From the human T2T-CHM13v2.0 reference genome, Homo sapiens: a DNA stretch of 64,000 nucleotides. Below are positions 28,676 through 42,935 of the stretch, in pieces (the first letter of the stretch is position 1; every line of letters begins with the position of its first letter). The DNA lies in the NCBI RefSeq assembly GCF_009914755.1, contig NC_060931.1; one strand, 5' to 3'. Under the pieces are notes generated by a model that saw nothing but the letters and a program-made list of their open reading frames with translations, was not told the origin of the DNA and did no database searches. Position numbers and translations under genes: made by a program.

Positions 28676-30364
28676 AAAATGGTCTGCTCATTGTATGAAG
28701 TACAAAGGGCTCACCTCCATGAGAGCAGAGACCAGCTATTCGTACAAAAGGCCCTTTGCTGCTCTTGGCCCTCACAAACAGGTCCCTGCCCCAGGCAGTT
28801 TAAAATCAGGCACACAGGAGGAGAAAGCCTAGAATTGGGAAATCCTCCACCCATATTTCCCTCTGTCGGAGAGATAAGAAAAACTAAGGCTTCTTTAAAC
28901 ACTGAGGTTTAGGTTCATGTTTTTTGTGCAAATGCCTGAAGGAGTCCAGTGTCTCTCTGACTCCCAACTCTACAGCCATGGGGACGCTGACAGTGGGTAG
29001 GATTCAGAGACATCCCCTTGCATCGTTGTTCATTACTATTCAGTTCCTTCCTGTCTCCGATGCACCTATGAGATCTATGACGATGCTGAGTTTTCAATCT
29101 ATTACTTCTGCCATTTCCCTGTGCATCTCATGTTAATGCTTTCTCATACCCTGGAGCTCTTGTTTTATATCATCTATATACTTATTATTCTTATACAATA
29201 TAGAGCACTCTTGGACAGGCTACTTCTCTTTCATAGTTTCTCTTCTTACCCTGTTTTTCATCTGACTTTTGTGTGCTAGTTTTCCTCTCGCCCTCTTTTC
29301 TTTAGGGACGGTGTTTCGGAGCTGCCATGTTGTCCCTTTCCAGCATCCCTGTGGTAGCCCTCCACCAGCCTGTTCTCAGACGTGCTCGAGGCCAGTTTTT
29401 CCTGATTCTGTTTCTACCTGGTTTGTCTTCTTGGACCAGAGCTAGAGTTTGACAGACAGACGCTGCTTTCAATCCCTGTCTGAGGAAAGGGAGATGATGA
29501 GAGCTGGGAACTTGTCTGGGGCTAGTGGATTTTCTCCTGCTAGCTAGTAAGTGTCCCAACCTCCAGTGGACTCCTGCCTCGAGCTGTGGTCAGCACAGAG
29601 CTCTGGGTGCCTCCACACTTCCTGGCTCCACCAAGGACCCTTTCCTTTTGAGTGTTCTCCCCGAACTTTTCCCCGGCTTCTATTCCCGACTCTGGGTCTG
29701 TTTCTTTCTAGATGGGAAGGTGTCAGAATGTTTAGGGTTGCAATGGCTCTTTCTTGCCTCAATACTACCTTAAGGGACTGGGGCTGGGGTCAGGAAATGC
29801 ACTACACACCCTAGAATCTTCTTTTTGCCTTGGGTGCTGTGTTCATGCTCATACGAGTCTCAATATTTCTTCCTCTGCTCCCAGTCTAGAATCCATTTGG
29901 AAATCAAAACAGGAGTCAGGTGGATGGAGATGAAAATACTGGCCTTCTGACTAAAGAGTCTGGTTTTGGGTTTGTAGCCAAGTAGGCTCCTGACCACTGC
30001 CATAGTGGGACAAACGCAGGGGAGGTGGCCCTACAACTCTGGCAGGAGGAAGGCATGTCCCCTGTGGGGAGGGCGGCTCCCAAAGAGAGAACCTGGAGGG
30101 AATCTACAGGGCCTGAGCCCCACCTGCTTACTGCCTTCCCCAAAATCCACCAGTCAAGCAAGTCACTCCTTCCCCGAGCAAAGGGGGATAAGGGATGGCA
30201 GGAGAGGCAAGAGAATCACAGTAGCTGAGATCTCTCTGCAAGGAAACATGAGGCTAGGAAAGTGAGAATCCCACCCATCAGAGTAAAGCCCAACCTGACC
30301 TTACAGGTTTACTCGGAGGATCAAAGACATAACAGATAAGGTGCTTCAAACACACAAGCTCCCT

Positions 30365-30546
30365 GCCAAGTGGGCTATGGCGGTGTGCACCTGTGTCCTA
30401 GCTACCCAGGAGGCTGAGGTCGGAAGATCACTTGAGCCCAGGAGGTCGAAGCTGCAGTGAGCTGTGATTGCACCACTGCACATCAGCCTAGGTGACAGAG
30501 CAAGACCCTGTCTCAAAAAAATTAATGAAAAAAAAACAAAAAACAA
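30365..30546 (+). mobile_element. Alu right monomer
   Basis: Right arm plus tail; TSD AAGCTCCC. Confidence 0.85.
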
Positions 30547-30821
30547 AAGCTCCCAATGCACAGAGAAGGTATCAAGGTATCATTCCTTCCAGGCCATCTT
30601 CTCATCTCCTCAGCTTCTGCAGTACCTAGCACATAAACACACACTTAATAGGCATTTGTTGACTTGCTGTCCCAAGATGATTACTTTTCATGAGGCATCT
30701 GCTTTAACTAGTGCGTTCCAGCAGTCCTGGTATGTTTAAAAACAGTCTCATTGTGCTACGGTCATACCAGATAAGTACTGATAAGAAAGTAAATGACCGG
30801 TTTTCTATTTCTCAATTCTGA

Positions 30822-31276
<455 letters not shown>

Positions 31277-33829
31277 TGGAACTTCATTTTCTTAAAAAAA
31301 ACACAAGTGGTCACAAAAATATAAATAGTTATTAGTCACCTCATGTGCGCCAAAAATTGTAGATATAAAACTGAGCATGAGTGGAAAACACACATTAAAA
31401 GTGTTCTTAGTATTATACAAGTAAACATCTGAACCAGCTATTCCCTCTTACCTGTAATGGAAACCGGAAGGCAGGTGAGACTTTAAGTAATGACTCCCTT
31501 ATCACAAGGGTTTTGCCTGGAATACTGTGTATCTTGTCTACAAAGATGTGCAAAATTTTACCTTAAAATGAATGTAATTTGCATCCCGTGGAGTTGTCAG
31601 TGACTGCCAGTATCTCACCTTGACTGAGCATCAAACTGTTTTGTCACAAATTTCTCCGCAGCCCAAATCCCTGATTTTGGCCCCAGGACATCGTTAGACT
31701 AGTCCAGGTGGATGTGTTCATCCATCTTATGGACAGTCGAAAGGCCTCTTCCACTAGGCAAGGCCTCCCCTCTCCTCCAAGTGACTTTCCCAGTGATGTT
31801 CCGGCTCATGCCCTGTCCTCCCGTTGTGTTTCCTGTCCCCAGAGAAGTGAACTAGGAATCAGCTCCACGAGGCCAGGACTGTGTCTCCTCCACTCACTAC
31901 CATACACACAGCAGAGCACAAAGCCTAGCTCTGAACGACAGAGCAGGTCCTCCCGTGGACCCCGCATCTAGCCTGGCCTTTCCCAGTTGAGACCAGGCAA
32001 CCTCCACTGACTGCCCCAAACAGGCACTCGAGGGCTGCGAGGAGTCCACGCCATGCACCATCACTGGAACGTTCCACCACGGTGACGAGAGAATTAGCAC
32101 AGATTCTTCGGGTCTCAGTGTTCCTCGGGCTTAGTTTCTGTTCGGCTTGGCTTAAGTAGCTATTGATTACCCATGCCTGGCACACTTCCACCAGCAAATA
32201 CCCACTACAGCTGGTTCTCTGCTGCTGTGGTCTGATTTAACAGGGCCATGTGACAAAGTTGGTGCTGTGGACTTCAGACTAGACAGTAAAATAGATGCTG
32301 ACGTTCACAGAGAGGTGCCGTCTACTTGGTCTCTACTTAAGAAAGTGGGGGTCAGGGATGTTTTCTTCCCCTTGCCGTCCAGAGCGGCTGGATGTGCTGC
32401 CCTCCAGCACCTTTCTAGCTGCTTGCAAGAGCTCCCACCCTCTGCTTCTCTGTCCTCTGGATGCCGCACTTCCAAAGCAGACGTTCCAAATGCATTTGGT
32501 CAACAGAATCAACCAGAAGCATGAGCTTCTCTAACGGCTAACACAGGATACAAGTCATGTTTTCCATTCTGCAAAACCTGGACACACCTGAGCATTTATC
32601 CTCACAGAGAGAAAGACTAACCCATCACACGGTCAGCAACAAATATTCACATTCGGCTTTTAGGATTAAAAGGCAATCCGGTGGTCCTGAGCAGCTGCTC
32701 TGTCCAGCCCACTTGAAGCCTCCATTTCTTTTAAGTACAAACAAACCATAATAGTTACGGCATGAAATGAGCCGGCCTGTCATCATGGGATGGCACTGCC
32801 CTTCAGGTGATGCAAGTTAAGCCCTAGGTCCATTACACAACATCAGCTTCTTTGGTTTGAACATCACCCTATAATTACATCTCTAGATAAGGCCGAAGTT
32901 TAAATCTTCAGTTCCATTTAAAACCGGTACGATCCATGAACCCACTCTCAACTGAGTAAGAACAGAAAATAATTACGAGCTGTCAACGGAACACTATCTC
33001 ACATCAAGCACAGCTGGCTTCCAAATCTCACATGACAGATGACTGAAGGTCAAACCCTGCTCCCCCTAATTATTTCGTTAAGATAATCAACATGTAAACT
33101 CGAAAGCCAGGGGACAAGACCAATCACTCATGTGTTCTGAATCCCCAAAAATGGCCAGAGGAGTCTCTCTGGACTTAGTTAGCTGACGGAAAAAGATGTT
33201 TTTGCATTTGTTTTGTTTGGTTTTTTGGTATTACGAAAGGACCAACCCCGTATGTCAAAGCATAAGGTAAACCTGTTAAATGCAATTTGCCAACAAGGCC
33301 ATAAAAACCAAACTGTGCTTCCAGACCCCAGAAGCAGATGTATGCTTCTGCCGCCACGCAAACCCGCCGCAGCATCAAGCCTAAAGAGGCACTTCTGAAC
33401 TCCCAAGACAGAGACTCTTAAAGGCCAGAACAGCAGAGGAGGCTGCTTCAAAGTTCCGTACGTCCTGGCAAAAAGTACATGTGATACAGCAAACAATTCT
33501 TCAAAAAAAAAATTTAATTTCCAAAATTTTTACATAATCTTTGATATTCCACAACAAAAGCTGTTAACCTGCAGTGCATGGGCCACTAGTAGGCCCACTC
33601 TTGGGATTCCGGATGTCCAAACACTCCCCTGAAACCCTACACAGATACATGAATTTTCTAGGGAGAAGACCCACAGCTTTCAGCTAGAGTGCTGCGACTG
33701 CAGTCCAAAGAAAGCCACCACATTACAACCACTCCTTTGGACTAGAAAGTTCTGATTCTTTAGTATCTCTATGTATTCGAATTTTCTGTCTTAGCTGATA
33801 AATGTAGAGGCATTAAGATGGTTCTCATT

Positions 33830-34125
33830 TGTGTATTCTTCTCCACTTGCTGAAATCCTACAAAACCTTCAAAGGCCAGCTCAAATCACAATTCAATAAG
33901 GCTTTTTTAGATACCTCAGCCAGAATTAATCTTCCCACTGGCCTCCTGCAACACCTCTCCAGTGGCATTTACCATGGTATCCATTCACGCTGTATGTTAA
34001 AGTTACTTGTGCAACTGTCTCCCCAGCTTGAGAGTGCGAGTGGAGAGTAGGGGCTCTGCAATATGCACTGAATATCCCTTCTGCATCAGCACCTAGCACA
34101 ATGCCGTGGAGATTTTGTTGAACTT
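33830..34125 (+). mobile_element. L2 3' end
   Basis: CCTTCAAAGGCCAGCTCAAATC...CAGCACCTAGCACAATGCC. Confidence 0.7.
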
Positions 34126-34206
34126 GATCTTTTTGTTTCAGTGGCAACAAGAGACCACCCACTCTAATCATCTAATTCTTCAAAAAGTTTCTAAAATCAG
34201 CCAAAC

Positions 34207-34528
34207 AGTCACGCACTGCATAATGATGTTTTGGTAAAAGATGAACCACATATACGATGGTGGTCCCATAAGGTTATAACACCAGATTTTTACAGCACGT
34301 TTTCTATGTTTAGATACATAAATGCTTGCCATTGTGCTACAATGGCCCACAGTATTCAGTATAGTAACATGCGGTACAGGTTTGCAGTCTGGGAGCAATA
34401 GGCCTAGGTATACGGTCAGCTATATTATCTAGGTTTGTGTAGGTCCACTCTAGGATGTTTGCGTAAGAACCTCACCTAACGATGCATTTCCTGGACGGGA
34501 TCCCAGTCGTTAAGCAATGCGTGACTAT
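34207..34528. mobile_element. Tigger3a/MER7-like Tc1-mariner MITE
   Basis: TIRs CAGTCACGCACTGCATAATG ... CGTTAAGCAATGCGTGACT; internal GGTGGTCCCATAAG. Confidence 0.85.
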
Positions 34529-34947
34529 GCATCGCGATGCATGACTATACATTGCGATGCGTGACTATACATCTGCATATAAGACAAGTCTACCTTGGGG
34601 TGGCTAAAGGCTACACTAATGCAATCATGTGGATGGTTAGGACTTCTAGTCTATATAACAAGGAACCTTCAGACAGCTAACATTTTATCCACTTCTAACT
34701 GGATGTGAAATTTAGTAATGAAAACGCTCTTGGGATTTAACGCATCACACATAAGTCAGGGAATGGAAGCACTGTGAGATAAATCTAAGCTGGCCTGATG
34801 TCTTCCAACAGCCTGAGGCACACCCCACCACCAGAGGCATTATTACACAACTTCGGGAACACCAAATACACAAACTTTAAGGACAGCCCAGTCAGGAAGT
34901 GACGAGATATCATCTGTAGAATTAGAAAAATAAAAAGAATAAACTAG

Positions 34948-35654
34948 GCTGTTCCCCACACCCCCATTGATGTTGGCCCACGGGGGTTGCCGGTCCCTTT
35001 AACTGGCATGTACCAAGTCCTTCCAGGTGACATTTCCTCCCTGTGTCCCAGCTTTTAGGGATCATTGGCCATGGGTCCAAGGGGAGGGAATGTGGAGACA
35101 GGGTTGTATTTGCCAGGGAATTCTGGGCCGACAGGGAGCAAGAGCGCGCTTGGGGGCAAAGTCCCATTGTCTCATGCTGTTCTCCAGTCCCGAGATGGTG
35201 GCCACCATGAAGAAGACGGCTGCAGAAGATGTCAATGTTACTTTCGAAGAGCAACAAAAGATAAACAAATTTGCATGGAATACAAGTAGAATCACAGAGC
35301 TGAAGGAAGAAATAGAAGTAAAACAGAAACAACTCCAAAACGTAGAAGATGCTCGTGACGGTACCATGCTTGCAGATGCTGACTGCTTAATGATGCCTTA
35401 TCAAATCGGTGATGTCTTCATTAGCCATTCTCAAGAAGAAACACAGGAAATGTTAGAAGCAGCAAATAAAAATTTGCAAGAAGCAACTGACGCCTTAGAA
35501 TCCAAAGTCGAAGCAATTCAGTGGGTGTGAGCAGATTTGAAAGTTCAGTTGTATGCAAAATTTGGGAGCAGCATAAACCTTGAAGCTGATGAAAGTTAAA
35601 CATTTTATAATACTTAAAAAAATTTGTTTAATAAACTTGATTATTGTTTAAGAA
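34948..35654 (+). pseudogene. Processed pseudogene of prefoldin subunit 4 (PFDN4)
   Basis: Intronless 35195-35599 reads MVATMKKTAAEDVNVTFEEQQKINKF...IQWV*ADLKVQLYAKFGSSINLEADES*, with a premature TGA at 35528. AATAAA at 35630, A-tail remnant, perfect 16-bp TSD AAAAAGAATAAACTAG at 34932-34947 and 35655-35670. Confidence 0.96.
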
Positions 35655-36037
35655 AAAAAGAATAAACTAGAAAGTCTTACTGGCAATCTTTACAAAAAAA
35701 TCAAAGCAACTAGTAGATTCAAATAATGAACTGCAGAGGATAGAGTGAGGTAATGAAGTCCTCGCACTATCTAACAGAAATCCTATGTGCAAATTCAGGC
35801 ACAACTGTGATCAAGATGGAAAAGCCCCAGACACTGAGTAAAAAGACCAGGATGATGGAGACTTCCACAAAGTAACAGCTCTACTCCTCCCAGGTCTGCC
35901 CCCTTACAGCTAAAAAGAAAGTTCTGAATGTAACACAACCAGCAAGTGCAGAAAGCAGGTGGAAAGAAGGCGGCAGGCTACCCAGCGACCTCAGGACTTG
36001 AGGGATGACAAGGCAGTGAGTTCTCTGGGTGTCCTTA

Positions 36038-36514
<477 letters not shown>

Positions 36515-37871
36515 AAATACAAGAGAAAACATCAGCAGAGAAACCACATATACCACCCACTGAGGTTTCAGTGGAATTGAGGGGGAAATTGATCTTCTAC
36601 CCTCAAGGAACCAGGTGACATGCTCCAAGTGGCATGTCAAATAGTGCTGGCAGGGCCAAGCAGGGATCTCACCTCCCATTCTCTGCCTGGAAGAAGCAGG
36701 AGGTGCTCCAATTCCCTCACCAGGGTGGTGTCAGCAGGGCCCAGTGGGGAAGTGCACCCCCACCACGAGGCAGAAAGAGGGGATGGGAGGGTGGGAGGGG
36801 GGAAGGCTGGATTAGCTGTCGCTTTGCTACCCCCTCCCATTCCCTAGAATCAGCAACGCCCAGAGGGGAGCTGATGTTCCAACCCCACTCAACAAGGCCA
36901 CAGGGTCTCAGAGACCCGGAGGTCATTAACAAAAGTGCTAACAGCCGTATGTCAGAGTCCCAGAAGGAGATGAGAGAGAGGGACTGAAATAGTCATTCAA
37001 GAAATAATGGCTGAAAACTTCCCACATTTGGCAAGAGACATAAATGTACAGATTCAAGAAGCCAAGCAAACCCCAAATATAATAAATGGGATGAAGCCTG
37101 TGCCAAGACAAATCATAATGAAACTTCTGAAAACTAAACATAAAACTCTTCAAAGCAGCCAGAGAGGAGCAATGCATGAACTCGGAGAGGAGACCAACTC
37201 AAACGACAGTAGATTTCTCTTCTGAAACAATGTGAAGGTATCCTTCAGGAATGAAGAGGAAATACAGGCATTCTTGGACAAAGGAAAGCTAAGAGAATCT
37301 GTTGCAAGCAAACTGATCGTTAAAGAATGGCTAAAGGAAGTTCTCTAAACAGAAAGGAAATGACAACAGAAGAAGGCTTAGAGCCTCAGAAAGAAGACCA
37401 TCAGAATAGGTAATAAAAAAAAAAGGGACAATTTTATTCAGTCAAAAGGGGGGAAAAGATAATATAATCTCCTACTCCTAATGAGTTTTTAAAATCACAG
37501 TTGATGACTGAAGTAAACCACCTGATGTGGCATTCAAAGTCTGTTAAGTGCTAAGACATTTATAGTGAAGTGGGGTGGGTAAATGGGCCCAAGCAGAAGT
37601 AAAGTTTCTACACTTAAAGCTGTAAAACATCAGGGCCAGGAGACTGGGATCAGTTACACATGTATACTGCAAACCTAAGGCAACTACCAAGAAAATAATA
37701 CAAAGCATTATACTTAAAAAAAAAAATCAATCAGCCAGGGAGGACAGTTCATGCCTGTAATCTCGGCACTTTGGCCAGGAGACTGGGATAAGTTACATAT
37801 GTATACTGTAAACCTAGGGGAACTACCAAGAAAATAATACAAAGCATTATACTTAAAAAAAAAAAAAAATC

Positions 37872-38160
37872 AGCCAGGGAGGATCGCTCATGCCTATAAT
37901 CTCGGCACTTTGGCTGAGGCAGGAGGATGGCTTTGAGGCTAGCAATTCAAGAGCACCCTAAGTAACATAGTGGAACCCTATCTACAAAAAATAAATATAG
38001 ATTAAAAATTAGCTGGGTGTGGTGGTGCACATCTGTAGTCCCGGCTACTAGGGAGGCTGAGGTGGGAGGATGGTTTGGGTCCAGGAGGTCAAGACTACAG
38101 TGAGCCATGATCGTGCCACTGCGCTTCAGCCTAGGCAATAGCAAAAGACCTTGTCTCTAA
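37872..38160 (+). mobile_element. AluJ-like
   Basis: Dimer; its head is also present in the upstream duplicated block. Confidence 0.9.
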
Positions 38161-38810
38161 GATAGTAACAGTCATAATAATGACTTTACCCTAAATGTAA
38201 AGAGTGGATTAAAAAATATGATGCAACAATATGCTGTCTATATGAAACTCACTTCAAAACAAGGGTATTAAAAGAATGGAGAAATATATATTATGAAAGC
38301 ATTAATAAAAACATAAGTGGCTATATTAAAATATCTGATAATGGAGACTTCAAAGAAAATTACTGGAGAAAAAAGAAGGACATTACATAATAAAAAAGGT
38401 TAATCTATCAAGATATAATAATCCTAAACATTTATGCACCACACAACAGAACCTCAAAATACAGGAAACAAAAACTGATAGAGCTAAAGAAGAAATAGAC
38501 AAATCCACAATTATAGTTGAGGACTCTTAACTGACAGAACTACTGAACAATCAGCAAGCATATAGAACTCAACACCACTATCAATCAAGATCTGACACAT
38601 GTAGAACATTCCGCCAAACGAGCATACGCGTTTATCATGTACTTACGGGATGTTCACCAACAAAAGACCACAGAACATCTGCCAAATAGACCGTATCCTA
38701 GGCCAGAAAACAAACCAATACATTTAAAAGAAGTGAAACCATACACAGTATACTCTCTGTCCATAGTGGAGTCGAACCAGAAATCAACAAAAGAGAGACA
38801 ACAGGAAAAT

Positions 38811-39256
38811 CTTTTCTTTTTTTTTGAGGCAGGATCTTACTCTGTCGCCCAGGATAAAGTGCAGTGGCACGATGTTGGCTCACTGCAACCTTTGCCTCCC
38901 AGGTTCAAGTGATCCTCCCACCCGCCTCCCAGGTTCAAGTGTGCACCACCACACCCGGCTAATTTGTTTGTTTTTGAAATGGAGTCTTGCTCTGTCGCCC
39001 AGGCTGGAGTACAGTGGCGTGCTCTCTGTGCACTGCAACCTATGCCTCCTAGGTTCAAGTGATTCTCCTGCCTCAGCCTACTGAGTAGCTGGGATTACAG
39101 GCACCTGCTACTGCACCCAGCCAATTTTTGTATTTTTTGTAGAGATGGGGTTTCACCATATTGCCCAGGTTGGTCTTGAACTCCTGGGTTCAAGCAATCT
39201 GCCTGTCTTGGCCTCCCAAAGTGCTGGGATTACAGGCATGAGCCATTGCACCTGGC
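38811..39256 (-). mobile_element. Alu plus an adjacent extra right arm
   Basis: Two right arms in tandem followed by a left arm. Confidence 0.9.
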
Positions 39257-39300
39257 CATGACATGTATGAAATGACAAAATTATCGAATTAAAGAACAGA

Positions 39301-39580
39301 GGCGGGGCACGGCGTCTCACATCTGGCACTTTGGGAGGCCGAGGCGGGTGGATCACGAGGTCAGGAGTTGGGGATCAGCCTGGCCAACATGGTGAAACCC
39401 CGTCTCTACTAAATACACAAAAATTAGCTGGACGTGGTGGTGGGCGCCTGTAATCCCAGCTACCTGGGAGGCTGGGACAGGAGAATCGCTTGAACCCCGG
39501 GGCGGAGGTTGCAGTGAGCTGAGATTGTGCCACTGCACTCCAGCCTGGGCGACAGAGCAAGACTGTCTCAAAACAACAAC
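39301..39580 (+). mobile_element. AluS
   Basis: Dimer, head-to-head with the preceding Alu. Confidence 0.92.
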
Positions 39581-39859
39581 AGAATAGATTATTCACTGCC
39601 AGGGTCTGGGACAGGAAGGGGAGAGAGTGGCTACAAAAGAGCAACATGAAGGGTCCTTCTCTGATGGAAAGGCTCTGTATCGTGACTGTATCGACGTCAA
39701 TATCCTGGTTGTAAGATTGTGCTATCTAGTTCTACAGAACATAATCACTGAGGGAAAGCTGGCAGAGGGTATGTGGGATCTCTACTATTTCTTACAACTG
39801 CATAGGACTCCAGAATTATCTCAAAATCAAAAGTTTAATTTTTAAAAAAGGCATGTTTA

Positions 39860-40040
39860 GTTCCTAGCTCTGCCATCTGCTAATTAGGTAGCTGACTTTG
39901 AACAGATTTTAATGTCTCTATCCTCAATTTCCTCATTCACTAAATGAGGTAATACCATCTGAAGCATTATGAAAATTCAACACCATATTTGAAAGGATCA
40001 GGCACGATGTGTACAGCACACAGTCCGTGCTCTAGAAGGA
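39860..40040 (+). mobile_element. MIR
   Basis: CCTAGCTCTGCCA...CCTCAATTTCCTCATT. Confidence 0.65.
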
Positions 40041-40150
40041 GCCTGTCAACACTAACCCTCTATATAGCCACAAGTATTATTCTAAATGGTATCATTCAAA
40101 TGTCCAGTACTAAAGGCACTGCAGAGCAATTTATTTAAAGTCCCTTCCCT

Positions 40151-40450
40151 GGCCAAGTTTAGTATTTCACACATGTAATCCCAGCACTTTGGGAGGCTGA
40201 GGCAGGTGGTTCGCTTGAGTTCAAGAGCTCAAGACCAGCCTGGGCAACATAGTGAGACCCCATCTCTACAAAAATGAGCTGGGTGTGGTGGTACACACCT
40301 ACAGTCCCAGCTACTTGGGAGGCTGAGGTGGGAGGATTGCTTGAGCCCACGAGGCGACGCAAGGCCACAGTGAGCCATAATCCTGCCACTGCACTCCAGC
40401 CTGGGTGACAGAATGAGACTCTGTCTCAAAAAATAAAAATAAAAAAATAA
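40151..40450 (+). mobile_element. AluJ-like
   Basis: Dimer with A tail. Confidence 0.92.
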
Positions 40451-40722
40451 AATAGTCTCTTCTCAAAGTGATCTGTTCGAATAAAAATGCGGGGGTGGGG
40501 GCTGAAGAGGAGGAAACGATTTTTGGTTTTAAATTGAAAGATGAATTTCTAACTTGTTATTGAAATGGTCACGACACATGAAGTGAGTTTAATATGGAAC
40601 TATAATTAGTAAAAAACAAAGCTGGAAAGAAGAACTAGGATACCAGTTAACACATTTTGTTTCTGCTGATAAGAAAGTCAGTGGAAGTTAGTGTTTCTAT
40701 GCATCAGGAGGTTGAGTTTTCT

Positions 40723-40839
40723 TTTTTTCTTTTTCTTTTTTTTGAGACAGAGTCTCGCTGAGTTGCCCAGGCTAAAGTGCAGTGGTGCGATCTCGGCTCA
40801 CTGCAAGCTCCGCCTCCCGGGTTCACCCCATTCTCCTGC
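40723..40839 (-). mobile_element. 5'-truncated AluY-like
   Basis: Perfect 18-bp TSD CAGGAGGTTGAGTTTTCT (40705-40722 and 40840-40857). Confidence 0.93.
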
Positions 40840-41554
40840 CAGGAGGTTGAGTTTTCTAACACGCACTTCATACAGGGATTTAGATTTCAGATTCTATGTT
40901 TCCAAATACTTTCTCCATCTACTGAGTTGGAAGAAACTAGAGACAGTCAAACTGCTATACTTTTATGCCTGCCTGGTTCTGAGGTCTGGGCAAGCAGCAA
41001 CAATAAAATCAGGATCTTTAACAGAGAAGTTACAGGGCAGGCCCTGAGACAGCCAAATGCACTTGAACACAGACGCTCCCAGTGAGCTAAGCTGGGCACC
41101 TAGTCTTCAAAGTTCACGAAGTATCTGACCAGAGCTCTGACGCACCGAGAGGCTTGGAAAGAGGTAAAATGAAAAAGGGTGTTTTATCAAATTATTTTCT
41201 TCCCTTCACAATCCTAAAGGAGCTCTATTAAAATGAAACATTTCCATGAGAAGTATGTCAAGTGCGAATACTGGCCTGGAAGTCTGGAGACCAGGATTCC
41301 AGCACAGAGACCCCAGGAAGGAGTCACTTCATCTCTAGGGCTGAGGCAGGAGTCCTTATGGGTAAGTGATACAAATGTACCCGATAGGTTTCTACGGGGC
41401 TTTGCTAAATTTAAAATCTCCCAGGCACCATAAAACCTAGTCTCCAGGCAGGTTTTCTGGCATGGCAAACTTCTCTCCGACTCTGCTTTGAGATGATTGT
41501 CCTCGCCTCTAACTTGGTTTCCCCAAAATGGGCTGGGGAAAAAGTGGTGAGGGG

Positions 41555-41760
41555 ACAAGGAAAGGGTAGAGAGGTAGGGAGGGAGGGAGAAAGGAAGGGA
41601 GGAAGGAAGAAAAGAAAAAAGGAAGGAAGGTAGAAAGAAAGGAAGAAAAGGAAGGCGGGAAGGAAAGGAAGGAAAGGAAGGAAGGGAAGGGAGGAAGAAA
41701 AGAAAGGAAGGAAAGAAAAGAAGGAAAGGAAGGAAGGAAAAAGGGAGGGAGGACAAAGGA
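41555..41760 (+). repeat. GA-rich polypurine tract, (GGAA)n-like
   Basis: About 200 nt, almost entirely A/G. Confidence 0.95.
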
Positions 41761-41836
41761 CGCTATCTAGGTGTAAGCAAGGCTGCACTGTTCCCTCATC
41801 ATCAGTTTCCTCCAGATCTTCCTTGAGGCCCTTTAA

Positions 41837-42391
<555 letters not shown>

Positions 42392-42587
42392 TAGCCACTC
42401 ATATACATCCTAAAACGTTTCCTAATCCAACTACACAAAGTTGGATTTGCTTGGAGACCATGGGGAGGGCACAGGTGAATAGGATTGGCACAGAATTGAT
42501 GACTGCTTTAGTTGGGCTGTAGGTACTTTACAGTCAATCTACTATTTTCTCTACTTTTGTATACATTTGAAGTTTTCGTATTAGAAA

Positions 42588-42700
42588 GTGTGGCTCACAC
42601 CTGTAATCTCAGCACTTTGGGAGGCCCAGGTGGGAGGATGGCTTGAGACCAGCCTGGGCAAGAGAGTGAGAGCCTTTCTAAAAAAACAGAAAAGTAAAAA
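42588..42700 (+). mobile_element. Alu left monomer fragment
   Basis: GTGGCTCACACCTGTAATCTCAGCACTTTGGGAGG. Confidence 0.8.
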
Positions 42701-42935
42701 GAGACTCATGGCTGGTTCCCGTCCAGTCTCCACTGCTCTTCTTCTAAGCTCAGCCGGAGGGCACGGCCGGTTGGGCTCCTATCCCACAAATCTTCCAGTG
42801 GGAAATGGACAGATACCATTCTGCTAGGGCACATCCAGGAGGGGGCTAAGTGCCAAGCCCCCACTCCCCATCCCCAGAAGCTGGCCCGAGTTCCCACTCC
42901 CACGGTCCCCAGGCACCCTAGAGAGGGCAGAGGCA

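Noticed and set aside
35027-35530. 167-aa ORF as a functional N-extended prefoldin
   Set aside because: Starts at GTG, has a premature stop and many substitutions, and shows processed-pseudogene hallmarks.
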